A stretch of DNA of 58,222 nt, taken from positions 1-58,222 of the forward strand of contig UYFQ01000772.1 in the NCBI GenBank assembly GCA_900617105.1. The letters are read 5' to 3'. A program made the translations under genes and the position numbers. The notes under the pieces are model-generated. The model did not search any database and was not told where the DNA came from. It was given only the letters and a program-made list of their open reading frames with translations. Of the stretch, positions 12,490 through 26,482 are shown in pieces (the stretch's first letter is position 1; each line of letters begins with the position of its first letter). The DNA comes from Hydrurus foetidus (lineage: Eukaryota).

Positions 12490-14122
12490 TTCTGGCCAAT
12501 TTTTTGCAGCACCGCTACAGAAATTGTCGAGTGAATAGACACTGCTACATGATCCCTGGAGTACCCGAGTCTCCGATTACACAAACATACATATTTTAGA
12601 TGGTCTCCTTGCGGTACTCCTCATTGAATTGAAGAATAAGGATGTCAGAGGGGGTGGTGCAGTTGAGTTGAGTTGCAACTCAACTCTTGAACTAAATTTT
12701 ACGCGACGCATCATTATTCCGGAAATTTACCCGGTTTTTTGGTTTTATGGGCGGTTTCGAGATACACTTCGCCGCAAGATACTGTAGCACTCTTACCTTT
12801 TTTGCGATATAGCTTCTCCTGACGCAATAAGATGGATTACAGCTTGGAAAACCAGAGGTAATTCGATTACGTGAGGGTAATTATGATGCGTTGAAATGTG
12901 AATTATTGTAGCCTTGTACCACGGATTTCAGGAGCTCAGTCAGTCTCTGGTAGTAGTGTTAGATGTTGATTTCTGAAAGTGGTCACTTCAAAGGAAGCGT
13001 CCATTCCTCTTTACTGAAGCCAGAGATCCTCAAAAATATTCATATGGGAATCGAGGTTTCAAGATAATTTTCCAACATAATCAAAGCCCACCGTGCTGGT
13101 GGACTGACCTTCAGCAACCAATTACCTATTGATTTAAAGTGTTTTTTCACACTGCTCCTGTCTATTGTAAGAGATAATAGGTTTTTCAATTGTAAGAAAA
13201 ACGCCAGGTTTTCGAATTTTCATTCAAAATCCCCGGAAAAACGCCCAAAAATCAAAAAATAGCACCGTTTTTGCCAGAAACCTGAAATTTTTGGGGGGGG
13301 GTCATACAACCCGCCGGGAAATGCCGAAAATCTGGCGTTTTTTCGGTTTCGTTTTTTGCACAGAAGTACGTCAAACATCAAACGTCATCGAAGGAACTTC
13401 CTGAATTGGATCCCATCATGAATTCTGTATTCTGTACGTCTACAAGTCAATATCACTCGGTAAATTCTTTCAAGAAATTCCGCAATGTAATCGTCTGCGT
13501 TAGGAAGACTAATCGATGAATGGCACATGCTACGGGACTTCCAATTGATGATGCAGGACAAAGAATGTGCACGAACCGGCGAACAAAAAGTGGATCATTA
13601 CAACTATGGCATCACGACATGACATGGCATGACATGACATGACATGACATGCGCACTTCAAATCTTACAGGCTTTATAAATCTTGGATCGAATTTGATGG
13701 AGAGAAAAAGGTTCATCATGGTACAGTTATGGTCACAACTGAACGGCGCTTTCTAATCCTCATTCAAATTTCATTTGACGAATATTGAGTAGAATCCGTA
13801 GTTCTCAATACAGTCATTTTTAAACACGAAAATAGAATGTTTCTGCCGAATCGTCATTGGATGATACATCTCCATAAAATGAAAATCTGAGTAAAATCTG
13901 AAAAAGTACTTCGTCAAATTTAATTCAATTTAACAATTACAATGAATGTCCTGCGCAAAAAATGTAAAAGTGTAAAGTTTTGGAAGTGTAAAAAGGCACG
14001 TACGCTACAGTACGTACATCGACTTGTTCTCTTATGTAAACTTTGAAAGTAACAAGTAATTATTAAATTATGGTGATTCCTGCATCAAATTTAGTGTAGG
14101 AGTGTCAGCTTTATCTGTTTAA

Positions 14123-17100
14123 CTAAATAAGAGGATAATTAGATTGGTAGGATACTTCACTGTCATAATCAATGGTTATCAATCTTTCGTACTCAGAGGA
14201 GTTAAAGTGTTTGTTCATTTTATTTGATGATGATTCAGAGGAATAAATTTTCCCGAATGGAAATATTTTTTTAGTTGCATTTCTTTTTCTCTTCTCGAAT
14301 TCTGTCCTATTTCTAATTTCATTTTCAATTTTATTTTGATTTTCATTTTCGTCACCTTCGAATTCGTCCATTAGTGGGGAATAACATGACCATACAAAAT
14401 TAATTAGGACCATAAATAGAGAGAGAAGAAAGAAAAAAAAAGTGTAAAGAAGAACAGCTTTCATCCACAACGGTCCTTCACCCTCAAGAAAATATTCTCC
14501 TAAGAAACGAAAAAAAAAATCACGATAAGGCTTTTTTACGAAATTCTTATTTTTTATGGTTTGTAATTGAATCTTGCAGATTCTTTTTTTCACTTCGAAA
14601 TAATAACAATTGTGAAGACATGGAGTAGTGTTTATACACTGAGATGCAAACCAAGTACGTGTGGTATAAAACACGTACGTACACAACAGAACACGTACCT
14701 CCTGTTCCGTGCCATCCACCCCCTGAGCACTCTCCATCACATGCAAAGCCAATTCGATAATTCTGAAATAACATCAAAATAAGTGGAATGGATCTATTAT
14801 TTGTTCGTGATGATATTCGCTGAGAGTGCCACATACTATCTGGTATACAGTTTGGTCCATGAAGCGTCAGGCATGAAGAAATGACTCTGATAACATGCAA
14901 TTTGAGCAAATAAAATTGAATTTAATTCATCAGTTGTATTATCAATATAGTTTAATTTCAACATCATTTATTGACTGAAACCACGATAGTAGTCGACGGG
15001 CACAGTATGAATGTACGCACCTCAACATCGAAGTGCGTGTAGTATGCCTCTATGAACACGTCTCCTAAAATCCAAAAGTCTTCGCTTTCTTGAAATCGAA
15101 GAATGCATTCCTTGTAAGCTGTGGAGGACATAAGTAATGAGGGCGGGGAGGAGAGGAGGGGGGAGGGGAGGAGAAAGAGAGGGAAGGGGAGGAGAGGGAA
15201 GGAGTAAGGATAGGAGGGGGGTTGGGGAACATGACATAATGTGACAAAACAAAACAAAACAAAAACAGGAACAGAAATAGAAACAAAAAACAAAAAAACT
15301 TACGTGTGCATTCGACATAATCGGATGGAAGTAAAGGAAAAGTGCTATCCGGATCAAGAGAAATAAGAAGGACCGGGAACTCAGATTCCTTGACATTCAC
15401 ACAGGACACCCCTTTGCACTTCATTCCGTTAGTAACGACTCCTAAAACGGCTTCGTAATATTCGGATGGAATTCCTAGTCCCGATGTCCCGCTGTCTACG
15501 ATTGCGAGACAGGTCGATCTGTGTGTTATAATTGTTTTTTGATGGTTATTGATCATTTGTCATTTATATTTGATTAATTCTTGTTTGTCACCTATAGGAT
15601 ATTAGTCAAATAAAAATAACTGTTTCTGGTCATTTGTTTCATCATTGTTTGTTAGATGTCCATTTATACAATGCCATTGAAAGAATAAGAACGTTGATAA
15701 GTTTAGACAGCGGTATGTCAGATATCGTTATTATCATTCTTAGGAATTCGTGATGTGTTGTGGCACAAAATCTCACACGAACGGATGAGAAATATAATGC
15801 AAGATAAACATTTTCAATAACATAAACAGTGAAAAAACGTTTTCATGGCGATTTCAGGGGATTAATTGTGATAAAATACTTTGTGCACTGTGATTTAAAG
15901 AATAAGAAATAAGAAATAAGAATAAGAGCGTCATCATGTCAGGCAATGAAGTGTGCAATCAAGCAAATCTAGTGATGACGTACATAGTCTTTTCATAGCA
16001 GTGATACTAGTTTAGTTTGAAAAATGACGGAAGTGCATGATATAATTCATTTGCGAAGACATTAGATACACAACTGGTGAATAGGCAATATCTTTAGTAA
16101 ATAATAATTACCGCCAATACAAACCAACGATGAACCAAACTCGTTAAAAGCGTCCAATTCATTGTTAAACATAATGTACGGTGAACTTACCCGTACTGAC
16201 ACAAAGAAAAAACGGAAAGAACATTCTCTGCAGTAGTAAATTCTGCAATTGTTCCGATTTCAAATCCGGTCATGGCAACCGTCCAGTACGTCAGTGACTC
16301 CGAATATCTCACCACAGGCGTGTAGAAAAAAAGTGCATTCTCGCTCACTATACTTAAATCGTAGTAGCCGAACATTATTTTTGACGGTTTCGTTTTATCA
16401 TCTGGATCGGAACTTAAGAACAATGAAAATGACTGTGATAAATTCGCATAGTTCACTTGAATATTGCTGAAGATTCCTGGATCCGTGACTATGGACAATC
16501 CATCGAATGCAAGTCCGACAATACCGTCCATATCAAAACTTGAAATAATCGATCCCTCACTCGTCACTACACCGAATAATATATTGGGCAGTGACAAAGA
16601 ACTGAGTTCTAAACTATCCACTGCAACATCACCAGCGATATCTCCACTCCCATAGCTTATTCTAAATGATCTGGAGTTGCCAGTATCTGTGATAACCGCA
16701 GCGTAAGTAGATGATGCTGCTGAGTCGAAAGTTTTGTGGTCAGAACATGTTTGACACTTCTCACTAGGAAGCCAGAGATCGCTACTCCCTTTGATAATAG
16801 AATCGGTAGGGTTAGAATAAGGATTGGGATTAGTTACGACTGACAAAATCTTGCTGTAAGTAATTCATTTGATTGTCGTTTACCTGTGTCAAATACGACT
16901 GTGAAATACTGAGGAGGAGTTCCAACTCCAATTGTGCCGACAAATTCGTTATTATAGTAATCTGACAGAACTACTGCATGAATTGTATCGCTTGTATCAC
17001 TTAAATATCGAGATGGAGATCCAGATCGATCAGGTAGACTTAGGCGGTTGATCAGGCGAGTCCGGTTAGTCTTTCTTTTCTCCAACAGTATTTCGTGAAA

Positions 17101-17163
17101 AGAATTTGCTCCGCGGACTGACAAGAGGGCAATCAAAGCAGATGGCAAGAAGGAAAACGGCAT
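14123..17163 (-). CDS. Pepsin-like (A1) aspartic protease with signal peptide and C-terminal TM anchor, 6 exons
   Basis: Motifs: [70 protein letters not shown] hydrophobic segment lies in the last exon. Exons ~17163-16884, 16789-16191, 15518-15304, 15118-15021, 14762-14699, 14498-14123. Confidence 0.9.
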
Positions 17164-18410
17164 CTTTGTGGAACTATGTCGCAGCAACTTTCTTTCTTGT
17201 TATTGGTCGTCAAATAAAGTCAATCATCAAAGATTTCAGCTTCCATTGCCACCAGTACCAGGTTGGTACTGCGATTCCGATTACTCAGCAGAACTATCTA
17301 TACGATGCAATTGACTTGAGGGTTTCACGATAGCTTTTAGCGAGAGGAGAAGCCCGAAAAGCGCACAGAGATGATTGCCTCCTCGTAGAATGTTTGAAAA
17401 GTGTGCGATTAGGAAAGGAAATTTGGGGAAGTTTGGAAGTGCTGGAGCCTGTGTGAGATCGATGGCAACACTTCGATGCGAATCCATTTCAGTAAAATGT
17501 GGAATTTTCAACATATTGAAATGACAGAAAGAGGCTTATTTCCGTTTCCCCTGTTGGATGTTCTGTGCGAGGTGGCTATGGGATAGCTGATGATTGATGT
17601 TTGATGTTTGAGTCATCATTTCTAATTGGTGGTCGATGACAGACTCCTTTAAAGATATACTGGAGATTCAGGGGAGATAGAAACTTCAAGTGAGAGTAGA
17701 AGAAGCGTCATGACTGCTACAGCTGGAGCAAGAGTTGGGGTAGCTTCTTGTTCCCTCAAGTTGACCAAAATAATTGCAACCTTTTCCTATTTGAAACTCT
17801 ATTAGAACATATGAATAATCGGCAAATCCACATCTGACCGTCGTGTGCTTTTTAGAATCACTTTCTCATTTAAGTGTTCGTGTTGGCTGAAGTATTCCCA
17901 CCTTTGCAATAAGCACCCTATCCACATCTTATCTAGCGACATATTATTATTAGAAATTTACCTTCAGTCCAGATCTAGTGTTTGTAATTCTTGCAACTGA
18001 GAACACACACAGTTATGTCTCAAATCTGAGAGGCGAGTGTGCACATTGTCTGGTTGGTACTGCATCCTAAAATTGTTTCAAAAATTGCCGTTAGCGTAAT
18101 CATCAGGTATCTTTAACATGATAACTAAAAAAACAAGTTGAAAGAACTGGCTAATAGCAAAGAGAAAATGAAATAGGACCTCTTCTCGCTACCATATTGT
18201 GTATTGTATAGGTACCACGGTATCACAGGTAGAATGGATTCCAGTAATAAGTTCACGGTTTATAGTTTATAGTCGACCACTCACTCCACTCGGATTGGGC
18301 TGTGCAACATCAAATTCGAACTTCACAAATCCTGGGCAACTTCTGATTCATAGCAGAAGATCAAAGGCTGCTCAAACAATCTTCAATAAAGCGCCCGAGT
18401 CTTCCGCGAA

Positions 18411-19060
18411 ATGCGAGTCCTCATGGTAATTTTTACCGTCGTGTTGATAATTGTCAGTTTATCAACGGAATGTCATAGTTTTGCGATCCGTAGTGCTCTC
18501 GGAAAATTGAACAGAAAAAGCGCACTATCGATGTCATCGTCTCCACTTAATGATATTCTTGGGATGATGCCTTTGTGTCTTACTGCAACATCAAAAACGA
18601 CAACAACGAATGATCCAACAGCGGGGATGAGCCCTGAAGAGATCGTTAACTACATAAGTAATGTCGGAGGTGGAATGTGTGGGTACCCTGAATGGGTTAG
18701 AGCTTCTATTGGCGTTGGTCTTAATCTCAGTCTCATTGTTTTTGGGTTAGCAACTGTTTCATACGGTAAGTGTTCATGCTTTATCTTATCTTTCGTCACT
18801 GTTTCAATACGCTGATACACAGCATTTCTTGGACAGTCGTCCTATCTGGCGTACAGTTCTCTTTAGAGAGTCAAGTTGAGGATGAAACTAAGAAAGCAGA
18901 CAAGAATAGAGCAGTCGGTGTTCCCAGGATGGCCGCTGCTCCGGAATCTTCTCAAGTGGAAGATCAGGGAATGGCATCTTTTGAAAGTACTGTCACAGAC
19001 ATGAATCGAAGTACGAGAAGAATGAAGCAGAGACTTGGAGCAGATAAAGATAAAAAGTAA
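18411..19060 (+). CDS. Small single-TM protein of unknown function with bipartite plastid-type presequence, 2 exons
   Basis: Signal peptide ends CHS|FAIR and is followed by a Ser/Arg/Lys-rich transit-like stretch. GT-AG intron 18766-18836 joins the two ORFs in frame. Confidence 0.7.
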
Positions 19061-19451
19061 AAACGGATAGAAAGAATGTTCCTTACAGTTGAAAAAGTGT
19101 TAGAAATATATTCAGCATTTTATCATTCAGATGAATTTTCGCATGTAAATTATGTACACAGTCCATGACAGTTACTTGGTAACAAATTTTCAGATTAAAA
19201 GAATACGGTTTCTTCTACAATTTAAAAGCAGATTATCTCAACTTAAATCCAATGTAACCACGCGACGCGTCAAAAACAGAACGATTTTATTTTTTGAAAA
19301 TATTCTGGATACTCACTTTTATTTCGGTGAAGTGATTCTGTCATTTTACAAACCAATATGCGCATGCGAACGTACTAACTATTGAAGTTGAAAAATTTAC
19401 TTCACGGATCACGAACTCTATACAGTGGAGAGCGTGTCAAAATTAGAACGA

Positions 19452-22400
19452 TTATCTTTTCTTGAAAGTGAGTTCTTCAGAATCGCTGGAATCATCTCCG
19501 TCATCTTTTTTATCAAAAGCAGTATCCACAATGCTTTTCTTCACACGTACTGAAGGGGATCCGGCAGAGCTGTTCTGCTCGTTGTCGCTGTCTTCTTCAT
19601 CATCACTCTCATTGTCACAGTCGCTGTAATTTCCGTCTCGAAATCTCCCTTCTCCTTCTGCACCATTATGTACGGTTTCAGAATCATCCCCAAAGGGATT
19701 TTTCTCAATTTTATCGGAATCTGTTTTTCCTTTTCCTACAATACGATATGGGATATCATTATTAATAAATTTGTTGCATTGGAGTGCAGTGCGGGTCCTA
19801 AGTATTCTCAACGATTAACACATTGGGTTCGTGGGTTGAGGTCGATCAATGCATAGATGCTACGATGACGGTAGTAGCAGCAATAGGCCAGGCCGTGTCT
19901 CCTGTCGGATTACTTTCCTGTGCACTGTACAGATAGGAAGACGCGCTAACAGCCAAATTCATAAACAGAGGGAACTAATGCGTGTAAACTCTAGAATGAA
20001 TTATCAAACAGTTCAGTCATCCAGTGTACGAACAGATATCATTTCAGCGGTAAGTGAAATTAATTGTCGAGCCCAATTGCTACAAGAAAGAACTCAAATA
20101 AAATCAAATAAAATAAAATCACCTTCGCGCGGCGAGATGGAGGAAGATCCCGGTAGACTTCCTCTAATGTAAGCCGTAATGTCCGGCATAATAGCGGATG
20201 ACTTAGAAGGCGCAGGACTGATGGTTGAAGTTGAAGTTGCGAATGTAGGTACGTGGATCAGATTTTCCCAAGCACCTTCAGTACTTTTCTTCTTCGTCGC
20301 ATCCTAATATGATATGATGAGATGAATTAAGTGCAAGATAATATAAGGATGAAATGAGATGAGACGAGATAAGATGAGATGAGAAAAAGTAAGAGGATGA
20401 GATGAGTTGAAATGAGATCAGATAACAGAGGACAAGATTCATTAAATGTAAAGTTATGAAAGGGAACAGAATAATGTGGGTAGTGTTGATTAGTGGTTTG
20501 GGATTGAACTAGATTGAAAGTACGCATAGGATCCTGTACATCTCATCAGTCGTTTTCTATCTATAGTAATCTTTTACAGAGTAGCGGTAGAGACCTCCAT
20601 GAATGTGTAAGCAGTGTATCAACCCAGATAATGAGAGCATGAAAGTAATGACACTGAATCCTTTTTTTGCTTTTGTTTTATGTCTTATCTACCTGTAAAG
20701 GGGAATTCGTTCTTGAAGTTCGCGCTCGTGACGCACTAGCACTTGCACTTGCAGCAGCAGCAGCAGCGACAGTTTCTTGTAGTGATTTTGCAATGTTATC
20801 TTTCTCTCTAATTGCTCTTTTCAAATCTCGTGACTGACTGTCTGTGCACCTTTTCAGTCGATTTATTTCTCCTTCTTGACTTTCTGATGTGACTCTTAAT
20901 TCTTCAATTTCTATTAATGTTTTATCAAGTGATGTTTTTGTTTCTTTTTCTTTTTCTGTTGATTTTAGTAGTAACTCTTTCAATTCATTGATGATCAAGT
21001 CTTCAGAAGATTTTGCTGACGTGAGTAATTCAATCTGAAAAACAAATGAAGGAAAGAAGAAAGAAAAGAATATGCCGAAAAAGGTGAGGCAGACATAGTT
21101 TCAAGTATGTTGACACGATTTGAGCGATGTGCTAGATGGCGGTGAATGGCAAGAGGGTTCCGTACGGTGAACGTATGTGGTGCGATGAGACCTATCCCAC
21201 CCCACAACTCTTTCTCATGAAATCCCGCCACAGATAATCATCACTCCAACACATCCCTACTCCACTCTACTACACACTGCAGTGCCCACCTGTTGCAGCA
21301 AAACTTCTTCTTTCTTCTTCCACTCCTCCGTCATCTTTTTCTTCTCTTCCTCAGCTGCTCGCACTGCTATCTCTGACTCCTTGAGAGACTCAGCCGTTTC
21401 ACTTAATTCTGTTTTTAGTGATTCTGCTACAGCTCTATGGGTGCGAGAAAGAGGGGATGAAGGGAGGAGATGAGATGAGATGAAGGGAGGAGATGAGATG
21501 AAGGGAGGAGATGAGATGAAGGGAGGGGATGAAGGGAGGAGATGAGATGAGTTGAGATGAGATGAGAAAAGTTAAATGAGAGGATATCTTTATATGAAGC
21601 ACTCTACGACACTCAATCACTCACTCACTCACAAATTGACTGACTGATATCACGTGTAAAAAGAGAAGATCAATTAGAAGGATTCCCTAGGAACATCGGA
21701 ATAAGAACAAAATAGATGAGTAACGTACGTCATTTCTGTGAGAGATTCTTCGGTCTCCTCTAGAAGTGCCTGAAATTAAGTGTTGGAGAAATGGGATCGA
21801 TTTAGGTCTGCATTAGGGAATTCTAATTGAACGGAAGTAGACAAGATGATGAAGTGATGTATAAAACAAGCAGGATAAAAAGCGGGGAAACTTTTGGAAC
21901 TTTTGAACAATTTCAACAAAATTAGTAAAACAGAAAAAGAACTCTTTCCTACGGTATACAATTACGTTGAACTTTGAAATCAAATACTGCTTAGAAGGCA
22001 AAAGTGTAATATCTTGCAGAACAAATCAAAGATTTTTGCACGGAAAATTAAGTGAAACATGGGTACTTTGCTTCACCTCTTTATGTTTGCATATTTCCTC
22101 TGAAGATATTAGTTCTTCATTCTTTGTATTCAATAACTCTTCGAATTCTTTTTCTCTCTTAACTACTTTTTCACATTCCGAAGACAATTTCTCATTTTCC
22201 TCTGTCAGTTTTTTATTCTCAACTGTCATATGCGCCTTTAATTTTTCAAATATTGCCTGCATTATAAAAACAGTTAGAATAGAAATTCGGTATTCCGCAA
22301 ACGAACAGAATACTCTAGAACAGTGATAACATAATATAAACAACAATAATATAAAATTATGATATAAGTAAAAAAATAATAATCGCGGATTGGAGACAAT

Positions 22401-24185
22401 ACCTCTTTTTTCAAATATTTCGCATTGGCGTCACTTAGTCGTTTATGAGCTTGTTCAATCATCATGTCAGGCGTCATCTCCTCCGTAACAATTTCAGCAG
22501 AAGAAGAATCTCCAGTTGTGCGAGAAATTAAAGAATCCACACAATCTGTGGACCCTGGATCCATCATGGAATCTAATCCCTCTAGGGAAGAAATTTCAGA
22601 ATTTATCCAGGGTAGCGATTTCTTCCTCATTTCAATAGTAGCTGAAATTTGTTGTGCTGCGAGTAGCCTGATAGCTACTACCAACGTATCTCTTTGTATG
22701 CGATCACAACATGTGATTGATATACTCACATCTACTGCACTGCTAGGCAAAGCGCCTATATATCTTTCTAATGATGATAACGCTCGGGCAAATTCAGACG
22801 CTTCAACTTCATCATCAGCAGTCACATCGACAGCTCTTTCGTCATGACTCTGTATGTACGTCCATGGTGCAATGGGAATACCAGAATTGTCGGGTATAGA
22901 AGATTTGCTGCTACTATCCATATTATTTGTTTCCGCATTACTCTCACCATTTTCTCTGTCTCTGCTTTTTGATGATGAATATGGAGCAGGAGCACGTAGC
23001 AGCGGTATAGTAATCACAAGACTTGTCAACTGCGTGCATCGCACAGTAATATTATCTGACGCAGGAATGAACAACGTCATTCTGGATTCATTCACATTCT
23101 GCTTCCTATCTTTTTTCAATGTGAATAATTTTGCCCCTTTTTTCAGATATCTACTACTTCTCGTTTCTTGCCGATCTGAATCTTCCGTCCCTAGAGGGTT
23201 GGAATCCATAGAAAGAATTTCAGTAGATACGGGAAGAAGTAAATAAAATCCGCCAGTATCGACCTCAATACTCGACAATCCGTCCATTATCAGCATTCCG
23301 CATGATTGTCTAGATTGTGTGCTGTTTGATCTGTTTCTGACATTTTTTTCTTGAAATTCGTGATTACCGAATGATACGCTCGTGTCAGATATCTTTTGAT
23401 CATAATGAACAAAATTTGACATTAGATTTTCAGTAAGCGTTTCCTATGAGTATTTGTGAAGCAATATAGAAAAAATATATACAAGATTTTTCGTCAAATC
23501 AGGAAGTCAAATAATGTCAACTATCACCTTATAGAATTTATCTGCAAGGATGGATTCTGCTACAGTGCGCATCATTGGGTCGATTGTGATGACGTCAGAC
23601 TGTATTAGGAATAATATGAAGTGTTAGGAATAATAGTTAGGACAATGAAATCAGTTCGGTGGGCAGCACTTGAATGAACTTGTGAAGTCTAATTCCATCA
23701 AAACCACTCAGAGCAGATGTGAGTGAAATGTGATGAGATGTGACAGAAGGTTCTGCAGTAATTCTCACCTCAAGATGCCTTGATTGGCCCTGCTCAAATT
23801 CATCTTCAAACTGTGCACCAATACTGAAACCGACATCATCTAGTGTCGGCAAATAAAACGAGCTGCATATCCTCTCAGGAGTCACTATCATCGACTTCTT
23901 ATCGTCTTTAACTCTATACCATGCGAACGTTATGCCAGCATCTATCGGGAATGGCACCTCATTTGTCAGAGACGAGAACGCAACGACCAATCCTGTATGA
24001 TTAGATGGGGACTGCAGTCTTATACTTTTCACTAATACAACGATCGATTCCATCTTTTTGTCTGGTATATCTGACTCAGCTGAACGCAACCCATCGCTAG
24101 CAAAAGTCATTTGAGCTATGGCTTCATTCATCTTTTTTGTTATCAGATCTGTTTTCAGCATGTCGGAGAATGACATCGACTTCAT
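19452..24185 (-). CDS. Ig-like (AIR9-A9/SCAB-type) + PH-like + coiled-coil protein, ~9 exons
   Basis: FAWYR...YLPTLDDVG...ITIDP fits an A9/SCAB Ig-like pattern. ISITCCDRIQRDTLVVAIRLLA resembles a PH C-terminal helix. E/K-rich heptad exons span 22256-20693, followed by an acidic tail. Exons join in frame via GT-AG. Confidence 0.65.
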
Positions 24186-24820
24186 CGTTGAAGAATTCAA
24201 ATGGATGAATTGGACCGAAGGTTACAATCGATTCGAAATAGGTGGTAACCGACTCTCAACAGCCCTCGTGCTGGCAACAAAGTCTGGAACGTCAAGTGCT
24301 CAAGATTCAAATCTTGTTCAAGCAGGACTATGGCAAGTCAACTCTATATGGAGCTGTGGACGGTACAAAGTGGAAACCTCTGGGTAGAGAGTAGCAACTG
24401 TCCCTATTACGCGATAATTGGCGTGCGGGTGGACTGAAGGACGAGTCGTGTGCGCTTTGACCATCATAATCATAAGTGACGAGGGGCAGTTGTGCAGAAA
24501 TGGACAAACTTTCTTGAAGAATACTGCAGGAAATTTTCAAAATCTTGGGAGAAATCGAAATACGCATGCATGTGTTGTGTGTTGTGTGTGCTGTGTGCTG
24601 TGTACGTGTGTACGTGTGTGACTGTGTACTGTGTGACACTGTGATTGTGGCGAAGCCGCTGTGATCCGAAGTCCACAGCGGCTTCGCTTAGCTGGACAGC
24701 TTGACGCAGTGGAGCAACTCGAACATTTCAGCAGTGAAATAGGATCAACTTCGCTGCAGTCTCAAGATTGTACACCTCTATCTGCGGGAAATTTAACCTT
24801 TCTTACGAGGCCGTTCAAAT

Positions 24821-25765
24821 ATGCCTCCACAGCCATTACAGCAACAAAACGTAGCGGCACGTACGTCACTGAGAGGGGATGAAAGCGGCCAGCACTATCG
24901 GTCAGAATTAGCTCCAGGAAGCACCGGTGCCGCTCGGAACTATTCTAATCATCAAAGCCCAGCGAATAGATCAGATCGCAACGGTTTCAACTTCGCCATC
25001 GAGGGTAGACATGATCAGCGACGACATTTGGGCAGAGATGGCACCAAAATCCATGACATGAATACTAACAACAGAAATGCCCGTACTCAAGAGAGGAATC
25101 ACAGTCAAAATCCGAGCCTTCAGCATGGAAATACTGGATTGAGGGCAAGAACAGAACAACTGCAATCTGCAAACATGTCCAGTGGTCTCAAGAACAGAAG
25201 TGAAGATGATGACGAGAACAACGATAGGAGCAGGCCATCGGGACAATCAGCAACATCAAATCCTAGCAGGGGCTTGGGCCCACCTAATAAACGAGGTGAA
25301 GGAGGATTCGGGTCACGAGGTGGCAGCTACGGTGGGATGAACAGCAGTGGGTATGGTGGAATGGGAGGAGGATACGGTGGTTACGGTGGAGGTGGCATGT
25401 ATGGTATGGGAGGCATGGGAATGGGCATGGGTATGGGTATGGGTTCTCATATGATGATGGGACCTTTTTCTTGGATTTATTCTTTAAACAATTTAGTGCA
25501 TTCAATACCAATGATGATGGATATTCTTGGAATGAATTCACAAATGCTGTACCAAATATTCAATCAGACCTGTGCAATGTTGATGAAAATCGTAACAATT
25601 GTCAGAACATCTGGATTTAGACGATTTTTACAGCAAAAATCGAGACGGTCCAAAGTGTTACGATTAATTTTCATTTTTGGTTCGATGGGTTTGGCTTCTC
25701 AAGCTCTGAAATTAGCGAAATTAATTGCGGAATATCATTATAATCAGAGGCGGAGACTTCGGTGA
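24821..25765 (+). CDS. PEX13: PEX13-like peroxin (plant-type, no SH3 domain), single exon
   Basis: Disordered N-terminus, then a YG/MG-rich tract (GGYGGMGGGYGGYGGGGMYGMGG), an amphipathic helix (FSWIYSLNNLVHSIPMMMDILGMNSQMLYQIF) and a C-terminal hydrophobic segment. Confidence 0.6.
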   Translation: MPPQPLQQQNVAARTSLRGDESGQHYRSELAPGSTGAARNYSNHQSPANRSDRNGFNFAIEGRHDQRRHLGRDGTKIHDMNTNNRNARTQERNHSQNPSLQHGNTGLRARTEQLQSANMSSGLKNRSEDDDENNDRSRPSGQSATSNPSRGLGPPNKRGEGGFGSRGGSYGGMNSSGYGGMGGGYGGYGGGGMYGMGGMGMGMGMGMGSHMMMGPFSWIYSLNNLVHSIPMMMDILGMNSQMLYQIFNQTCAMLMKIVTIVRTSGFRRFLQQKSRRSKVLRLIFIFGSMGLASQALKLAKLIAEYHYNQRRRLR

Positions 25766-26482
25766 TTATAGATCGTAGATGATAAATAATGCTCACATTT
25801 AATTGTTTCTCACGTTTGGGGTGTCTTGCCGTGGCTGTACATGTGTTCGTTATTTAACGACTTCATATTCTTTTCTCGTTCAAATTTGTCTTTCACCTAC
25901 ATTTTTCTGCAGCGGAGCGCACACAGCATAACTTATAATTTATCAAAATATGTAAATAAAAAAGTTTTCGAGAATTCGTTGTGAATAATAAACTTCATCT
26001 TTAAATTTTTAGCTGTCGGCCCTTTCTCATCTATCTACTACGAAACACGGAATGGACGGACTTTCGATTTTTAGAGAATGTTCCGCGGGGATGACGAGTT
26101 CGAAAAAAACTGGAAAGAATGAAATCGTAATCTTATGTCGGTAAAAAATTGCCTAATTTGTTCTTACACTGATCTATCGCTTTTCGTTTATCAGAGATGT
26201 TTTGTACATTCGAGTGTGGCTAAGTATTATGTAAGGTGGCGAGTTACCATGTTAGAGGGCGGAAAAAGGAGAAGTGGGAAGTGAGGGGATGGGAAATGGG
26301 ATGAATTGTGCAGGTGAGAGTGGTGTGAAGTTGTGCCATTGTGGCGTGATGAGATGAGTTGTCATCTGATATGATGTAATGTGAGAGGCTACAATGTGGT
26401 GTGGTGTGATGTGGTATGATGTAAGTACAATATCAAATCAAACAGACTAGACTTTCGTCACAGTCTAAATATCCGCATTTAT

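Noticed and set aside
13612..13650. (CATGA)n tract
   Set aside because: Ordinary short microsatellite.
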